This document shows positions 61,245-64,000 of a stretch of 64,000 bases of DNA, in pieces (within the stretch, counting starts at the first letter, position 1; the number at the start of each line of letters is the position of its first letter). A program made the position numbers and the translations under genes. The notes under the pieces are model-generated. The model saw only the letters and a program-made list of their open reading frames with translations. It searched no databases and was not told where the DNA came from. The stretch is from an uncultured Oscillospiraceae bacterium (lineage in GTDB: Bacteria; Bacillota; Clostridia; Oscillospirales; Acutalibacteraceae): positions 1,153-65,152 of the forward strand of contig CAUFXR010000002.1 in NCBI GenBank assembly GCA_959596515.1, in the 5' to 3' direction.

Positions 61245-63560
61245 ATGCTTTGTTCAAGATGTAAAAAAAGACCTGCGGTAGTGTTTATCGCTACCAATAC
61301 CAATAGTTCGAATACTCAAGGGCTATGCCTTACCTGCGCGAAGGAGCTTGGCATCAAACCGGTAACGGATTTGATGGATAAAATGGGGATTGACGATGAG
61401 CAGCTGGAAGCGATGCAGGAACAGTTCGGAGGCCTCATGAATCCTGAAGAACTTGGAAACTTCTTTGAAGGAGAATCCAACGGGGAAGAAGGCGACCATG
61501 ATGACCTGTTTACGCCGGGAGGAGCGGCGACATTTCCCTTCTTACAAAATATTTTCGGGGATTCTTTTCAGAATGGGGCCAATGGAGCCCAAAATGCCGA
61601 TCCACAAAAGGCGACGGCGGAAAAAAAGCAGAAAACAGAAAAGCGTCCCAAACGGAAACATTTGGATACTTACTGCTATAATCTGACACAAAAAGCGAAG
61701 GATGGAAAGCTTGATGCCATTATTGGTCGTGATAAGGAAATCGGCCGGGTAGTGCAGATTCTTTCCCGCAGAACAAAAAACAATCCTTGCCTGATCGGTG
61801 AACCCGGCGTAGGTAAAACCGCCATCGCCGAGGGCCTCGCTTTGCGAATCGCCTCAGGTAACGTTCCGGCAAGACTAAAAACCAAGGAAATTCATTTGCT
61901 GGATTTGACAGCATTGGTAGCCGGAACTCAGTTTCGTGGGCAATTTGAAAGCAGAATTAAAGGCCTGGTGGATGAGGTGAAAGCTGACGGTAACGTCATC
62001 CTTTTCATCGACGAGGTCCACAATTTGGTTGGCACCGGCGACGCAGAAGGTTCTATGAACGCGGCTAATATTTTGAAGCCGGCGCTTTCTCGCGGGGAAA
62101 TCCAAGTGATTGGCGCCACTACCTTTACCGAATACCGGAAATATATCGAAAAGGATAGCGCTTTAGAGCGTCGGTTCCAGCCAGTAACCGTAGCGGAACC
62201 TTCTATTCAGGACACTGTAGACGTTTTGATCGGGATTAAATCGTATTATGAGAATTATCACCGGGTAAAAATCTCCGACGAGTTGGTGAAAAAGGCGGTG
62301 GTTTTGTCTGAGCGGTATATTACAGACCGTTTTTTGCCAGATAAGGCCATTGATCTTCTGGATGAATCCTGTGCCTGCGCAGCCCTGCGGAACACAGTAA
62401 TGGACGAATATGACGCGGCAAGCGCCCAATGTGGTGAACTGAAAAATCAGGAAGACGCTTTAGCGAATGAAAAAGAGATTGATTACGAAAAGTTAGCAGA
62501 GGTGCGCTGTGAGATTGCTCGTCTGGAAAATAAGGTCCAGGAGCTTGCGCCGAAGGCTCTGGGCGCTTCGGTAACGGAAGAGGATATTGCGAAAGTTATC
62601 GAGCTTTGGACCGGAATTCCCTCCTCCCGAGTTAAGGAAAACGAACTGAAAAAGCTTGCTGTAATCGAAGATAAACTAAAAAGCAAAATTATTGGGCAAG
62701 ATGAGGCGGTAAAAGCGGTTTCTGCGGCGATCCGCCGCAGCCGGGTACAGATCAGTCCCAGGAGACGGCCGGCTTCATTTATTTTTGTCGGTCCTACAGG
62801 CGTTGGAAAAACAGAGCTGGTGAAAGTATTATCCCAAGAGCTGTTTGATACACCGGAGACCTTGATCCGTTTGGATATGTCAGAATTTATGGAAAAACAT
62901 TCCGTTAGCCGGATCATTGGTTCTCCTCCAGGTTATGTGGGATATGACGAAAGCGGTCAGGTGACGGAAAAGGTACGCCGCCGTCCTTATTCTGTGCTTT
63001 TGTTCGACGAGATCGAAAAGGCGCACCCCGATGTCATGAATATTTTGCTTCAAATCTTAGATGAGGGAAAAATTACGGATGCCCATGGCAGAGTTGTCAA
63101 TTTTGAAAATACTGTGATCATCATGACCTCAAATGCGGGCAGTGACCGGAAGGACGCGGCTTTAGGCTTTGCTAAGACCGAATCTGAGATCAGCAAGGAA
63201 AAGGCATTAAAAGCCCTTTCTGAGTTTTTAAGACCTGAATTTCTTAGCCGAATCGATGAGGTCATCGTCTTCCGTCCTTTAGAGGAAGATGACTTTATCA
63301 GTATCGCCCGTTTAATGCTTTCCGAATATGTGGATAGCCTAAAAGAAAAGGGCGTCCAGTTTACTTTCCAGGATAGCGCCTGTCGCTGGTTAGCCCATCG
63401 AGCCATTGGCGGTAAAAGCGGCGCCAGAGACTTAAGAAATTTAGTGCGCAGGGAAGTGGAGGATCGGATTACCACCGCTTTTATCAATGCGAATGATGTG
63501 CCGATTCTTGGAATTGATCTTTTCGCAGAAGACGATCAACTGAAAATTAAAGTGCTCTAA
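61245..63560 (+). CDS. ATP-dependent Clp protease ATPase subunit (ClpC/ClpE type, N-terminal zinc finger)
   Basis: CSRC...CLTC, GEPGVGKT, GPTGVGKT, RLDMSEFMEKH. Confidence 0.93.
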   Translation: MLCSRCKKRPAVVFIATNTNSSNTQGLCLTCAKELGIKPVTDLMDKMGIDDEQLEAMQEQFGGLMNPEELGNFFEGESNGEEGDHDDLFTPGGAATFPFLQNIFGDSFQNGANGAQNADPQKATAEKKQKTEKRPKRKHLDTYCYNLTQKAKDGKLDAIIGRDKEIGRVVQILSRRTKNNPCLIGEPGVGKTAIAEGLALRIASGNVPARLKTKEIHLLDLTALVAGTQFRGQFESRIKGLVDEVKADGNVILFIDEVHNLVGTGDAEGSMNAANILKPALSRGEIQVIGATTFTEYRKYIEKDSALERRFQPVTVAEPSIQDTVDVLIGIKSYYENYHRVKISDELVKKAVVLSERYITDRFLPDKAIDLLDESCACAALRNTVMDEYDAASAQCGELKNQEDALANEKEIDYEKLAEVRCEIARLENKVQELAPKALGASVTEEDIAKVIELWTGIPSSRVKENELKKLAVIEDKLKSKIIGQDEAVKAVSAAIRRSRVQISPRRRPASFIFVGPTGVGKTELVKVLSQELFDTPETLIRLDMSEFMEKHSVSRIIGSPPGYVGYDESGQVTEKVRRRPYSVLLFDEIEKAHPDVMNILLQILDEGKITDAHGRVVNFENTVIIMTSNAGSDRKDAALGFAKTESEISKEKALKALSEFLRPEFLSRIDEVIVFRPLEEDDFISIARLMLSEYVDSLKEKGVQFTFQDSACRWLAHRAIGGKSGARDLRNLVRREVEDRITTAFINANDVPILGIDLFAEDDQLKIKVL

Positions 63561-63589
63561 AATTTTTTAACAGAATCAAAAGAATCCGC

Positions 63590-63618
63590 TTGACGAACGG
63601 CGAGTTTTATGGTAATAT
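63590..63618 (+). promoter_or_regulatory. SigA promoter of tRNA cluster
   Basis: TTGACG-17 bp-TAATAT with TG extension. Confidence 0.7.
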
Positions 63619-63636
63619 ATAACTCGCCGTTGAAAT

Positions 63637-63710
63637 GCGGGTGTAGTTCAATGGTAGAACCCCAGCCTTCCAAGCTGGTCGTGTGGGTTCGATTCCCATC
63701 ACCCGCTCCA
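63637..63710 (+). tRNA. tRNA-Gly(TCC)
   Basis: GCGGGTG/CACCCGC-TCCA, arm CCAGC-CTTCCAA-GCTGG. Confidence 0.96.
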
Positions 63711-63749
63711 TAGTTATTTCACCCCTGAGCGGGCAAAATAATGACCCAT

Positions 63750-63826
<77 letters not shown>

Positions 63827-63832
63827 TGTTAT

Positions 63833-63910
63833 GGTGGATGTAGCTTAGTTGGTTAAAGCGCCAGTTTGTGGCACTGGAGACCGTGGGTTCGAGTCCCATC
63901 TTCCACCCCA
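63833..63910 (+). tRNA. tRNA-His(GTG) with encoded G-1
   Basis: Arm CCAGT-TTGTGGC-ACTGG, 3' CCA. Confidence 0.95.
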
Positions 63911-63973
63911 TAGCTGTAAGCAATATGCGGACAAGCTTGTATTGTCCGCATATTGCCCCTAAGCTCCTTTTAT

Positions 63974-64000
63974 TGGGGTGTAGCCAAGCGGTAAGGCAAC
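63974..64000 (+). tRNA. tRNA-Gln (5' part, cut by window end)
   Basis: TGGGGTGTAGCCAAGCGGTAAGGCA is the typical tRNA-Gln 5' half; anticodon not visible. Confidence 0.75.

Overview
64 kb of a Clostridia-type (Bacillota) chromosome. An Oscillospiraceae/Acutalibacteraceae-like lineage is my inference from gene content and protein style. The core backbone is nth, glyA, rarA, tcdA, tspO, tRNA-Leu(CAG), mntP, a long nitrogen/purine block (hisH-hisF-glnA-asnA-purC-purF-purB-purA-glmS-guaA), ruvCAB, glmM, ecfA1A2T-truA, a ClpC/ClpE-type ATPase and a tRNA cluster (Gly, Arg, His, partial Gln). Two eroded accessory islands interrupt it. (1) After tRNA-Leu (~7.7-21 kb) is a mosaic. It holds two small genes that share a 39-bp promoter repeat, an intact P-type ATPase behind an Asp-rich uORF plus terminator, a truncated uppP fused to a siphophage tail remnant, a decaying lipoprotein/membrane-protein cluster, a truncated Dam-type methylase and a candidate sRNA. 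(2) At the guaA 3' end (35.5-44.3 kb) is a tandem of integrative elements, delimited by three GAGTGGGAGT att cores with arm-type repeats. Its relaxase and integrase genes are collapsed into in-frame chimeras, while an EcoRII/Dcm/Vsr restriction-modification module and a downstream SDH-family (Clp-fold) serine protease with an overlapping 66-aa ORF appear intact. The best candidates for an undescribed system are the protease plus small-protein pair attached to the RM module and the acidic leader-peptide attenuator of the P-type ATPase. No CRISPR array, rRNA or intact transposase/integrase was seen. All calls are by eye; no database searches were run.
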